Origin: Paragordius varius
Lineage: Eukaryota > Animalia > Nematomorpha
Direction of reading: 5' to 3'
Length of the DNA stretch: 64,000 bases
Assembly (NCBI GenBank): GCA_964247055.1
Contig: OZ176050.1
Location: 10,602,001-10,666,000, forward strand
Translations under genes and position numbers: made by a program
Notes under the pieces: generated by a model
Database searches by the model: none
What the model was told of the DNA's origin: nothing
Seen by the model: the letters and a program-made list of their open reading frames with translations, nothing else
In this document: positions 1 through 12,764 of the stretch, piece after piece
Layout of the letters: each line of letters starts with the position of its first letter
How positions within the stretch are numbered: the first letter of the stretch is position 1

Positions 1-293
1 CGTTTGAGCATATCCATCATATTGCCAGTAAGCAATAATTTTCAACATCCTTTTTTTCTAATAATGCACGCCTTTCATATTGCGCACATTCGATAATTAC
101 TGAATGGACGCTACCTTTTAACGGACTCAAATTGAAAGTTACAGGGTCTGTATCTTAATCGTCTACATGATTTTCGCTGAAGCCTTTTCTTAGTCAAACC
201 GATAATGAAATAGCCAATAATAGCTCTCGTTACTGTATAAAGAATTCAATGATCGCATAACTAATTAAAGAACTTCTAAAATTATATATACAG

Positions 294-1561
294 TAATGTG
301 ACCAGGTTTTTAAACTTTGACGCAGTACAAAATCAAAACATACTTTCCCTGTTTTTACACCATCAGAATATATTACACAGTTTCCACATAAAATATCTAG
401 TATCATGGTGTTTTTGGTTTTAGGTGTGGGCTCTGAAAGTCCCAATTTTTTGGCTTTTTTAAAATGAATTGTTCTGTTAAAATAAAATCAAATTTCCGAC
501 ATTGTGCAGAATAATTTTATATATATCCTAAATTTAGTCGACTAAATATATTAAAATAATGCATAATTTCAAAATTAAATTTTTAACAAAATTTTGTTTG
601 AGCGTACACACTATTTTGAGTTGATGGTAATGATATAAACGGTTGGATACCATTTATATATATTTCGATAATGCTAAACATTTTTTTCACTCAGAATTTT
701 GATTAAAATATTGCTTCGTTTTCAAATTTATGTTAAATAAAAATTGTGTTGTTTTACTAAAATTCAGCCATCGCAAGCAAACAAACCTTTAATTTAAATA
801 TCTCCACCTATAATAACAACATTAACGAATTATTCAAAAAAGGGTTGTATTATATCTTAAAGCGTACCGTTTCCATCATTTCAAAATAGTTTGATGTAAG
901 CCTCAATAAAAATTCGTTAATGCAAAAAAATAAAAAAACTAATAAAAATTAGAGTTTAGGAAAAAATTAAGAAATATCATACCTCCCACTTAATAAGTAT
1001 GGAAAAGGTAAAAACTCTAAATTTTTTAATACTAAAAAAAAGGTTATTTCGCCCCATACATAATATATTTTATATAATAGTTACGGGATATAACAAAAAT
1101 GAACTTTATAAACTTGATCAAACATTTATTAAAATATCATAAATTATTTTGTTATTGAATTTTGAGGCACCTCTTTTTGCGGAAGCCCTGAGTTACAGAG
1201 CCATTAGCCTGAATCTTACGGTAAAATCCGAGATTTATAGAGCGCGAACTAAATCATAATCGGTTAGACTGATACAAAATCTTATCTTATGTATAATTCG
1301 AGGAGAAAATAAAATATTAACCAATTAAAAATGGGCCAATCTTAGTTTTTTACCGCAAAATAAACCATTTCTTTACAAATTATGGGTTTATCTTCACGGG
1401 CACTTTAAATATAATATTTTTTTTAATAAATAAAAGGTTATTTATAGTTATAAAATAATATTTTTTAATTTCAAAAAGCAGTACAAAAGAGCCGCAGTAC
1501 ACACGCAGTTTTCCGAAAATCCAGTACTGTACTGCGAAAAACAGCCTATCTGGTCACATTA
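294..1561. mobile_element. Non-autonomous TIR DNA transposon (family D, superfamily unassigned)
   Basis: Left end TAATGTGACCAGGT (294-307) is the inverse complement of ATCTGGTCACATTA (1548-1561) with 1 mismatch. Subterminal GCAGTACA repeats occur at both ends. The right 230 bp recur at 45618-45839. No matching TSD seen. Confidence 0.55.
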
Positions 1562-4234
1562 GCATATAGCAAAAGTAGTGTTTAATTATATAAACCAATA
1601 TTTTATATAAAATACTATTTATAAATTATTTGATGTCTACGATTTTAATTTAATACTGCACAACTCAGTATTTTCTCTATTCGCATCTGCAGGATCATTT
1701 GCGGATAATTTTGTGAGATTTTACACCTCTGCAACTGTTTATTACCCACCATTCTATCTTACTAGTTTCCCCTTACCATATCTTCTAAATAATTAAGTTT
1801 TTGTTCCCGCAGTGTTATATGAGCATTAATTTTATTTGTCAGAGTCTGCCCATGTTATTCTAAATTACACAACATCTTTTTTATTTCAAATTTCACTACA
1901 ACGTGATTGGTATTAAAGCGTTTGACAATCCTAATTTGCTTTTTAGATGTGTATTAAAGGATTTTGATATCTGAGTTAGAACATCATCTGTTTATTATTA
2001 TGGGTCCATATTTTTAAAAGTAATTCCAATATAATATTAATTAAAATAACCATAACTTGTGCAGACCTCTATAAAAGTGCGAGCTTTCAAAGTTACTAGA
2101 ATTTTCCAGAATCACAATTTTGTATCCCCATGTTTTATTTTATGATATTAACAATGATTCTAAATACGTATTAAGCTTTGTATCATATAAATCTTTAGTC
2201 AAAATTAAAACGGATTTATTAAATTGGAAAATTATATATAATCAGTTTTTGCCTGAAATTAAATATATATATTTTCCTAAAAACCACAATACGTCGTCAT
2301 GTCCAAATCACCACTCTGTGATCACTTTTATATTCGAAAATTAATTCTTTTTGCCGAAGAGTGTCAGTTCTGATATTATATCTTTTGAATCATGGTATAG
2401 TTAACATTTGAGAAATTGAGGAATTTATTTTTTTAGGTTTAAAAATAGGAAACTCACATCATTCAGTCAATAAAAATTTAATTTATGCTTATATTTATAT
2501 TTAAAAAACTATCCACTCAGGATAATTAGTATTTTTTTAATATATAAGTGTAGTAAACCCTTTTAGAAATCGGATTTTTATTCATTATTCATTTTGATCA
2601 AATTTCTCATAATTGATTGACTCACAAATTTCCATAATGTCGCCAGTTTTACATTAACCTCATTAAAAAAACGGTATTTATGATTTCACCTTATCACATT
2701 TTTCGTTAAACAAAATTTATAAAATATGCAAAAATAACTTACAGAAAACAGATGACATGACATGATTTCTAATCGTAAATGAATCAAGTAGAAGATTAAA
2801 ATCTAAACATAGCTTCCGACGGTCCTTGGTTGTAGCTATCGGTGTCCAGCTAACAGACACCAGCAAGGAATTGTATCATTCCTGTTGTTACAGCTGTTTA
2901 GCATTCATTACAGGACATTCGAATCTCAAATAAAAGGAAGATCAGACTTTTACTTTTCATAATAAGATGGTTATGGTTTCCATTCGACTCGGGCAGTTAA
3001 TGAATATTAAACCACTGGTTAGCGCGTTTGATCAATCGGCGCAACAATTGACATCTGGATAATAATATAGGCGTAGTACCTTTTAATATTCTGTTTTTGT
3101 TTTTTGCCATTTCTAGGGTCCATTAATATATTTGACATAATTTTGTTTGTTATGCTTAAAATTTATAAATTCATTATTTAAAATGAAACAACGCTCATTG
3201 CAATATTGTAGGCAAACCGTGCTGTTAACAAAACTAGGGATGACCAAAAACGATTTCGCTTCAAAGATTCTAAAAAATATCCAAGACATTGTAAAAATTA
3301 CTATGGGCATTAAGGCTAAAATATTTACCTTCTAGATTGTAAAAAAATCTAACATTGTTCTCTCAAGTTATATTTCGGTTTAGTGATAGCATACATTAAA
3401 CTTGTTATGATTAACAAGTGTTGGATAATATTTATAAAGTAATACCCAAAATTCGGCTCAAACCCCGCATATGGATCGATGAAATGCTATTTGCCACCAA
3501 AAGGATATTAACTATTATAGTATAAATACATTTATGTTGGTGTTGTGGCCCGCAGCATAAAATTTTTCTATGCGACCACGAAATATTATGGTTACTACCA
3601 TTTAAAACATAAGTTTAAAAACGGGAAAAAGATGTTTAATAATATGTATTAAAATTGTATTTTAACAAACAAAAATTCAATATTAAATCATTTATTTTTT
3701 TAAATCGACCAGATATAAAACTACCCTAAAAGGTATTATTTATAAATTATATGTAATGGCAACAAAAAATTATTACAGACCGTGACACTTTTCAACAATG
3801 CGCTACGGGATGAGTTGAGCTTTAAAATCTATCGGTTTGGCTTGATCCGATTTCATAATTTAACTTTTAAAGCGATTTGAGGCCTAAACATGCTCCAAAA
3901 CTATACTAAATATCAATTTTTGATCAGTACTATTATGCCAATCATCGTTTTATAATGGGGTCACTAATTAATTCTTTTGGTGTTAAAACACGTATTTATT
4001 GAATCTGTCAATATTATAAACCATTCTTACAACCGGTTAATAACCTCCACATAGATTTAGGAACCAGTTCAGTGGGATTTGAGGTTGAAATATTCTTGTG
4101 GTATAGTTATAATTTTGGTGAGAAATAAATTTGTAAAAAACCACATATAATTAAATATTTTTATAAATATTGTTACATTTATTCAGTCTTAATTTTGATT
4201 TTAAGAAATAAAATTATTTGAAATATATCAAGCT

Positions 4235-5203
4235 ATGAAGAAAAACATGACCATGCTGAGTTTTGTCATGTTGTCCCTTCTAAGTTTTATAATTTTAGCG
4301 CTGACTAGTCTGATTCATGGACACTTTTCTGATAAAAATTATTACAATAATAATTATGATTTGGAAGAGTATCAAACCACTAACAATTGGTTGACCAATT
4401 TTGCTGATTATACCACAGCTAAGCTCAGTTTTCCACCAAACATCCCAAAACATTTTCACAAAAAGCGCTCACACAAACGTAAACATCGCAAAGGTAACAG
4501 AAAACACAAAGCTCATCATAAATGTAATATTACAGTATCTACGACCAAAGTAACACCCATTATTATTATTCATACTACGACGCAAGAAAGTACAACGGGA
4601 GAAAGTACGACAACCTACCTGCCAACCACTACCCCCAAAAAAATTATTACCACAAAAATAACGAAATCCACTATTCTTACTACACCCAATACGACACCTC
4701 ATCACCATAAACCTCACAAAGGTCATCATGTGCACTCTTATTGGAGAAGAAGGCATTTATTACATCGCGGGAGACATCATTGGAAACACCACCACCATCA
4801 TCATAAAACTACAAGTAGTTCCAATGTGACAACAGTCTCAACTCCGGGTAATGGAACTGCTCCAACGAAACCATGTAAACACAAACATACGCACAGTACA
4901 TCGGAAAGTACCACTGAACAATATACTACGACATACATAACGACGACAGAAGGAACAACCAAACATGTAAGCACTACTGGTACAACCAAATTAACAAGCC
5001 CCTCGACCACAACTTTTTGTTTCAAACATCATAAAGCTCATGGAAAACATCATTTTAAAAGATCGTTCCTTCATCATTATGGAAAGTTACAGCACAAGTT
5101 TGGGAGAAAGCACAAGATATATGCATTGCCTTATCACAAACATCATGGACATCATCATAGAAAATTTGGAAGAAATCATTATCGTCGCTATTTACATTAT
5201 TGA
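4235..5203 (+). CDS. Secreted His/Lys/Arg-rich and Thr-rich (mucin-like) orphan protein, 322 aa, single exon
   Basis: Uninterrupted 322-aa ORF, more GC-rich than its flanks. ATG start, hydrophobic N-terminus (MLSFVMLSLLSFIILALTSLIHG), alternating His/basic and Thr-rich blocks, NxT sequons, AATAAA downstream at about 5374. Confidence 0.85.
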   Translation: MKKNMTMLSFVMLSLLSFIILALTSLIHGHFSDKNYYNNNYDLEEYQTTNNWLTNFADYTTAKLSFPPNIPKHFHKKRSHKRKHRKGNRKHKAHHKCNITVSTTKVTPIIIIHTTTQESTTGESTTTYLPTTTPKKIITTKITKSTILTTPNTTPHHHKPHKGHHVHSYWRRRHLLHRGRHHWKHHHHHHKTTSSSNVTTVSTPGNGTAPTKPCKHKHTHSTSESTTEQYTTTYITTTEGTTKHVSTTGTTKLTSPSTTTFCFKHHKAHGKHHFKRSFLHHYGKLQHKFGRKHKIYALPYHKHHGHHHRKFGRNHYRRYLHY

Positions 5204-5582
5204 AATGAGGATAAACAAGCCTTATAAGTTTAGTAGCTTCAAATAATGATTATTAATTAACTTTTATATAATAGTCTAGAATAGATCATACCATAATTTG
5301 ATTTGTTTATTATTTAATATGTAATGTTGTTTGTATAACAAACCTTTTGTAAATTTATATTTTAAAGCGGGTAATAAATATTTGTTTTGTGCAGCGGTTT
5401 AATTCAAAAATTTTCCTAGTATTAATATCAAATTAATAATTAGTTGAGTTTTAAAAATATTTATTTACTGTGATAAATATTTTTATTTATCATTTAGGTT
5501 CTACGTTTAAATTATTTTTGAATGCATTCATTAATATATGGCTCTCAATTAAATTAATGAGTTTTCTACATAACCATGAAAA

Positions 5583-6470
5583 CAGTGGCGAAACTACGGG
5601 GAGCTAGGGGATGCAAATGCAGGGGGCCCCAATTAAAACAGGGACCTTTTTTATTATTTTTATTAAATTTGGGCCTCCATACTATTTTGCGGGGGGAGGG
5701 AAATTTATTACCTTATTTTTTATTTACAGATATGTTAGTAAGGATTGCTTAAAAAATTGTTATTGATTGAAAGGAAGAAAAAGTAAAAAAATACCTTTTC
5801 ACTATCTCAATAAGCGGTTTTATTATAAGTTGATTAAAACATACAGTCTCTACAATGTTACAATCAAATGGACAAAAGCAAAAACAGAGCTCGAAAATTT
5901 AAATATAAACTTATTAAAATATAGAAGTGACTATATAACCGCAAAAAAAGATATCATGGAATGGCAATAAAATGGGACATTTTAATCTGTTTTAAATAAT
6001 AAGAGACATAAAATTATTAAAAAACATATTGATGAACTTGCCAATGATGATAAGTTTAGAGTGAATGTTTATAATGAAATTAAGATATTCCTTTTTCATG
6101 TAAAAAAAATATCCGGCAGTTTTTATAGCGGCGAATATGTTTTTATTTCTGATTCCATCAAAGTTAACTAAAATGAGTGAAGTATAAATTATCAGTTCAG
6201 CCAAAAATTCTAATAATTGATTATCCAAACGATTTAGTGAGTATTCAATCAAATAGTTTCAGTTAATTTGCTAATGCTAGGCACTTTTCAGAACTAGTAA
6301 TTATTAAGGACCTAACAGTTTCAGCCAGTTGTTATGAAATTATAACAGCATTATTATTGTTTGTGATTTTACCAATTACGGTTGCTACAGCGGAACGTTC
6401 ATTCTCAAAGTTAAAAATAATATAATATTATATTAGAAGCATGATGGAAAAAAAGTAATTGATCCTTAGC
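5583..6470 (+). mobile_element. Decayed hAT transposon (Tip100/Ac-like) remnant
   Basis: Begins CAGTGGCG with a GC-rich subterminal region. 6369-6419 translates LPITVATAERSFSKLKI, the hAT C-terminal dimerisation motif. The rest is broken by stops, and no right TIR was found. Confidence 0.6.
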
Positions 6471-6762
6471 AATTGTAAAGGAGATAGCGGATTAAATAAA
6501 AGAGATATTAGAAAATTTGCTCCGCAAAATCGAGAAAACGAAATTTTAAATTATAATTTTCTGATCAATATATACGCCTAATGACTTATGTAATTATTAA
6601 CTCTATATTTTATTGTTAAGATTAAGGAATAGGCGGTGGTTATGGTGGCCAATGGGAACTAACCATTATATATAAAAATAATATTGGCATAATAATATTA
6701 TTATCATTTTTGAATATAATATTTCCTTACAAATCTAAGGGATGCGTTTGGTGAAAAGATAA

Positions 6763-8613
6763 CTACAAACGTACTCCTACGCAGCCCAAGTCCTTCGGAC
6801 TTCTGAGGGGCTATTTGAAAAAAGGGACAATAAAATGATCCACATATGTGGATTATTTCGAAAAATTATTTAATAGCTATGATTCCATAAAAATTTTAAA
6901 ACGGTGCATTCATACTAATATTTTGTTTACTTGGGGGAAAATAGAGTTAAAAAATTATTTTTGTTAACTTTGTTTTTTGAAAAAATTGCATTTTAGTAGG
7001 GGGAAACCGGGACAAAAGAGGGCCTAAATATAAAAAGCGAGCCAACTATGTTAGGCGCAATCGAAAATGACTAACAAAAATGATATTTAAAATTGAATGG
7101 TTTAACACCTTCTCCGGAATATTGTCCCAAAGACACAAATTAAATAAAATCGTTTTTTACACAGAGGCCCGAACTAGGGGCATAATTAAAAAAGGGATAA
7201 GCTATTGTCGGGGCATTCATTAATGAATATATTTTTTCGATATTTGGATTTGAATGGGTCCGGTTTTCTGGAAACAGATCAATGACGGATCAGTTTTTAG
7301 CAGGTAGCTCCTACCCAGCAGCTATCATCAAAGAAACACTTGACTAAATTTTTGGTGGACTTTGTTTCTTGAAAAAAATGGTTTTACGGGAGTGGGTAAA
7401 ACGAGGGCCCAAATTAAAAAAGCAAGACGACTATGTTCGGCGCAATCAAAAATAATTAAACAATAATCATATTTATAATTAAATGATCCAACACGTTCTC
7501 CGGAAAATTTTCTTAAAGACACGATTTTTGTGGACTTATGTTATAAAAAAAACCATTTTTCACCCGGGGTGGGCTCGAACTGGGGACCAATTTCAAAAGA
7601 TTATATATTTTCGATATTTGGATTTGAATGGGTCTACCAGTTTTCCGGAAACATATCACGAAGCGACATGACGAATCAGTTTTTAGCGGGTAGCTTCTTA
7701 CCCAGCAGCAATCATCAAATAAACGCTTGACTAAAATTTTTGCCCTTTAACAGAAAATACGAAAAATCCTTACTAAATTTTTGCAGTCTCATACCTTGGG
7801 CAAAAAACAATCAAAAAATTATTTTTGTGGACTTTGTTTTTTTGAAAAAAATGGCCTCTTACGGGGGTAGCGGGTAAAAAGAGGGCCTAAATCAAAAAAG
7901 TGAGTCGACTATGTTCGACGCGATCGAAAATAACTGAACAAAAATCATATTTGGAAATGAATGGTCCAACACTTTCTCCAAAAAATTGACTTAACCCATT
8001 TTTCACATGGGGTAAGCCCGAGCTGGGGGCCTAATTTAAAAAAGGGCGGGAAAACCGATGAACCCAATCAAATCCAAATATCGAAAAATTATAATCATTC
8101 ATGAATGCCCCGACAATACAGATCACAACACATGACTGATCAGTTAGCGGGTAGCTCCTTACCCAGCAGCTATCATCAAAGAAACGCTTGACTAAAATTT
8201 TTGACTTTTATCAGGGAATACGTGGAATCCATATAAAATTTTTACGGTCTCATACCTAGGGCGAAAATAGATTTAAAAAAATATTTTTGTGGACTTTATT
8301 TTTTAAAATGGCATTTTACGGGGGGAGCGGGTAAAAAGAGGCCCAAATTAAAAAAGCGAGACGACTATGTTCGGCGATGATCCAACACGTTCACCAGAAA
8401 AATGTCTCAAAGACAAAATTTTTGTGGACTTCTGTTTTCAAAAAAACCCATTTTTCACACGGGGCCCTAACTGAGGGCCTATTTAAAACGGGCGAAGCTA
8501 TTGTCGGGGCATTCATTAATGATTATATTTTTTCGATATTTGTATTCGAATGGTACCGGTTTTCCGGTACCAGATCACAAAGCCAGCATTTTCCATTTTT
8601 ATAAAAATATAGA
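6763..8613 (-). mobile_element. Non-autonomous Helitron, type A2, with four tandem copies of the 5' module
   Basis: On the minus strand it starts A|TCTATATTTTTATAAAAATGGAAAATGCTGGCTTTGTGATC (8613). A degraded A2 3' hairpin (CTACGCAGCCC..AAGTCCTTCGGAC) lies at 6763-6800. The GACTATGTTCGGCG-like motif recurs near 7045, 7425, 7905 and 8360. Confidence 0.75.
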
Positions 8614-9087
8614 TTAAGAATGCTGAACATTTCTGCACCTCAGAATTTTTTTAAAAGTTTTGTTTGCCTTCAAATTCGGGTAAATTAAATTTCAATAATA
8701 ACATAAATTTGAAGACGCTTGAGAATAGTTTTCATATATGATTGTACATACCCAATCGTTAGTACTTTATTCGGTCCTTTTTGATGATGTATTCAACCAA
8801 GCATTCTTCGCATTTGTAATGTAAAAAGATATATCCACAAAAAGAGATGCTTGGTTTAATACAAATTGGAAAAGCAATGTCACATTAATAAAATTAAATC
8901 TAATATTTATTATGCTAAAAATTTAGTGAGGTGGTCCTCTTAAGGCCGCAAATAATTTAGATGATGTTATACGCTATATTTGGTTACCCAAATACGTACC
9001 TTAATAACTTTGTATTATTTTCTTCATATAAAACGAATGTTTTAAATTTATAACCATAAGTTTTTTGCCATATTTATTTATGGTACC

Positions 9088-10740
9088 ATGTCCGTTGTCT
9101 ACTTTAGATAAAAATATTGGTAGAATATATTTCATCTTCAGATAGTGAACAGCCTTTCTATGCACAGCCTAAGAATCATTAAAACAGGGCTATTCCCCTT
9201 TTTCATTAACACTGCGATTTAATTTGGATTTCTAGTGACCCCCATATTAAAAATGATATTATTAAAAAACTAATGAAAGGGACGGTTCCAATTTAAATTT
9301 AAATAAACCAAAATAACTGAATAACATTTAGTTATAAAAATCTTGATAATAAAGTACTACGCCTATTGTGCAACAATTTTGCTAAAATTGCTTTTTATAT
9401 TCTGACGTAAAATTAAAAATTTATTATAAAGTTATCAATAACATAAATTTAACAAGGAAAGTGGTTAATTTTGCAATATTATAGATCCCCATTTGGCTTA
9501 TATAAAATAATTATTATCAATTTTTTGTAGATATCCTTTTTAAAATTTCGGTGTGTTATATAAGTGGAAACTTTTGGAATGGCTTTAATTTATTCCTTAT
9601 TTCAAAAATATTTGATATTAAACAACCCAGGGGTCTCCAAAAGTCAAATACCGGAACGGAAATGAATGTGTTGTACCTAAGTGTTAAACTCTAGGTCCTT
9701 TTATAACTCTATTACCTCCTATGCTTTAAATTTTTATGGTATTATACCTATTGTGAATGGATTTGGAATTAATTAAATTCTATTACAATTAATTCACCTG
9801 ATACCCGTAGAAACAATTTATTCTGACTTCTTCCTCCTAGTGTTATTTTATTAATATCAAGAATAGTTAAGGACTATGAATTTTATTAAATTAATACTGG
9901 TGGCATATATTCATTATTTCTTCAATCCTCATTCCAACTTTTTTGGTTAAAGATACCAGTTCTACCTGGAGCTTTTACAACGTTAATTTTAGACAGAAAT
10001 ATTAACTCTCCCTTCGACCCTGTGGGGGGAGGATATTTGTTTTGTTCCAACACCTTTTTTGATTTTTGGTCACAATGAAGTATACACTTAATTCTCCCGG
10101 ATTCGGTTTAATCTTGCACGTATTTAGAGATAAGTCAAATAAAAAATATACATTGGCCATATAAGAATAATCTATGCCATAGCAGGAATAGGTGGTTTAG
10201 GTTGTACGAGCCCCCCATATATTTACGGTAAATATGAATGTAAACACCCGTGCTTTTTCTACCTCTGCTACAAATTGATATTCCTATAAGTATCAAAATT
10301 TTTTGATGGTTAGCTAAATAGCCTGCTCTAAATACTAAATTAGTGTTTACAATTGGGATTACGTTTTTTTGTTTATCGTAGGGGTTTTTAACACAAATCA
10401 TCTTGGGATCTTCTTCTTTGGATATCTCGCTTCATGATACTTAATAGGTGGTGGCTAGTTTTCATTACGTTTCACTAGATGTTGTATTTTCAATTTTTGC
10501 AGGATTCCGTGATTTCATACCTTTAGTTTTAGGAGTTTATACTAACAAAAAGATTGCTATTCTAATTTTCATCTTTTAAGAGGTAAACTTAAATTTTTCC
10601 CTCATCATCTATACGGATTCTTTGATATTTTTATACTATCTCATATCTAGGGTTTATAAATCTTATTATTAATACTACTTAAATGACTTCTTTTTAATGG
10701 TTTTACTCCGTCTTATAAAATTATTTTATATAATAACCCT
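9088..10740 (+). pseudogene. cox1: NUMT: decayed mitochondrial cox1
   Basis: Translates to STLDKNIGSMYFIF (about 9098), FYNSITSYA, PVLPGAFTTLILDRNINSPFDPVGGG (about 9955-10030), QHLFWFFGH.EVY with TGA=Trp, VNTRAF.TSAT, SSSLDISLHDT**VVASFHYV and VNLNFFPHH. Many stops and frameshifts, and interrupted by a MITE at 9210-9683. Confidence 0.9.
9210..9683 (-). mobile_element. piggyBac-like MITE (family B), degenerate copy inside the cox1 NUMT
   Basis: TTAA at 9206-9209 and 9684-9687. Ends CACTGCGATT.. and ..GTGTTGTACCTAAGTG match family B termini. Confidence 0.7.
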
Positions 10741-10839
10741 ATTTCCAAAACTGAGTTATCTATAGATTTCCTTTATGCCACAGATAAAACCAGCTATCTG
10801 TAATTTCCATCAAGTTGAAAAACATATTTTAAAAAAGTA

Positions 10840-11853
10840 TTAGCTGGCCCTGTCACGCTTCGCTCTCACGTAGTCTCACCGATAATTATTCTTGATAATT
10901 TGCAATAATAGAGGTAATGGAAATCAAAAAATAAAAATAATGTTTTTAATTATTCATATACGGTTTGCATAGGCTCATCAAATTTACTCGAAATCGACCA
11001 TATTTGAAATGACCTTTATTAAAGTTAATATTTAACTATTATTGGATTTATTTAAAACATTGGTTTTAAGAAACCGTAGTTAAAAGTTTTATATAGAAAT
11101 TGTTTCGCACAGCTGGGATCAAGGGATATAAAAAGTAATTTGTGGTCCCTTTTAAAAGAATATTATCCAATTCCCCAGAAATTTGTTTAACTGAACTCGT
11201 ATGGCTTCTTAATTTTTTTGAAGATTAGCTCCAAAACCACGCCATTTTTGTATGGCGTCTCTGGTAGACCCTTACCCATAGACCTATATGGAAAAGGCGC
11301 TGAGTTAAATTCTTTGCCTTTATAGGGTAAATATTTGGAATCATCTTTGATGCCATGGTCTCATAAGTTATTCGAAAAAATATCTTCACACTAAATAATC
11401 GGATGGCGTATTTTTAGGGCATAAAGGGCCCAAATTAACGGCTAATATCGACCTTTTTACCTAGTTACGGGTAATATTTCAAGCTTTTAATTAGCTCATA
11501 TGGACAAGACAATTTTTATATATGGCGCAGTTTTTGGCGGGTAGCTCCTTACCCAGGGCAGGTATTAAGCGTTGAAAATTTTTGCCTTTATATGGGAAAT
11601 GTCTGGATTATCATGGATTCCATATGTTCCTTTTAGACTCATAGGTTTTCTCAAATTTGCCTCCAAAGGCATGCTGTATCGGTATGGTGAGACGGTTATA
11701 TTTCCGGAAATTGTCTCAAAGACACGATTTTTGTGGATTTGTTTTCAAAAAAAACGTTTTACACGTGGTGGGCCCGAGCTGGGGGCCTAATTCAAAAGGT
11801 CGAAGCATTCATTAATAATTATATTTTTTTCAAAACTTGGATTTAAATTGGTC
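10840..11853 (-). mobile_element. Non-autonomous Helitron, type A1, 5'-truncated, near the cox1/cox2 junction of the NUMT
   Basis: Left end TTAGCTGGCCCTGTCACGCTTCGCT is the reverse complement of the A1 3' terminus. The body is homologous to 22647-24978 and 48074-50121 with internal deletion. The last 60 bp or so of the 5' terminus are missing. Confidence 0.8.
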
Positions 11854-11859
11854 TAAAGT

Positions 11860-12175
11860 AAATTTAGTATTATAAGTTTTTTATTAATATCAGCCCATAT
11901 AAACATGGTAGAGTTTTTATGAACATTACTTTCTTGCTAGTTATTTTAGTAATTCCCCTTGTAAAAATTATTATATATCAATGAAAATTCTCACTGACCT
12001 GACCTTACTATTAAAGTAAGAGGCGAGGATACTGTTATAACGCCAACATTCTTTAAAGTAATAATAACTCGATTATTAATCTCTTCAAATGATGTAATCC
12101 ATTCTTTTACATTACCTCGATTTTGAAATCTGACGCTATCCCAGAACGAATGAAACAATGTTTTCAGACAGTATC
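11860..12175 (+). pseudogene. cox2: NUMT: decayed mitochondrial cox2
   Basis: Translates VEFLWT (TGA=Trp), PDLTIKVSG (about 11998-12024), TRLLISSNDVIHSFTLP and DAIPER. Frameshifted with an internal deletion. Confidence 0.8.
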
Positions 12176-12764
12176 TCAACCAATAATTTCATTTCTTGAA
12201 ATATTAAAACCAATTAAACTTTTCTTAGAGGCTTAAGCTTCAAGGTTAAAGATATTATAACTAAAAAAATGGATGGGCTAGGGGTTTACAAAATAATTTA
12301 TAGTATATCAAACAATTACAAAAATTTTTGTGCATACCGCACATTTAGCCTTCTCAGTTCTCCTTCTAATAATTTTATTTAATAAAGTTACAATATATTT
12401 TTATCCCCGCTAACGAAAATATAAAGCTGTATTCTAATTAAATTCTTTTGTTTATTTTTTCTTGTAAATTGTCATAACTTACTAATAGTTAACAGTATAA
12501 CAAAACACAATAATAGGATTATTTTGTTATATATTAATATATTTAGCTAAAGCTTTTAATTGTAAAATATTTGATCTATACGATAAATGCGTATTTTTAT
12601 TAGCAGATAAATTAATGTAAAGTTTTTTATTTTAAAATGTTGTATGCACCATACTGGGATATACTTATCGAACATTATCTAATTTTTTATACCCATTATT
12701 GGCACACAGTATGAATAACAAGATTAACGCTATCTTTTTATGAAACACCGTTTTTTATAATTGA

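Noticed and set aside
3500-3830. hAT-like subterminal motifs (TGTGGCCCGCAG, GACCGTGACAC)
   Set aside because: No TIR pair, TSD or transposase motif could be found, so the evidence is too weak to call.
4469-5025. Minus-strand ORFs 4469-4756 and 4801-5025 (Val-rich)
   Set aside because: These are antisense shadows of the Thr/His codons of the 322-aa ORF.
7328-8604. Cluster of similar short ORFs (MIQHV...KTRFLWT, IFSIFGFEW), also at 11572-11790, 23892-24319, 48276-48461, 49429-49611 and 62143-62728, suggesting a peptide gene family
   Set aside because: They are chance frames in Helitron A repeat modules. Frames and stops differ between copies, with no codon-level conservation.
9088-12175. Functional mitochondrial genome segment
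   Set aside because: Multiple stops, frameshifts and deletions plus two nuclear TE insertions rule it out. ORFs 10135-10401 and 11991-12179 are antisense shadows.
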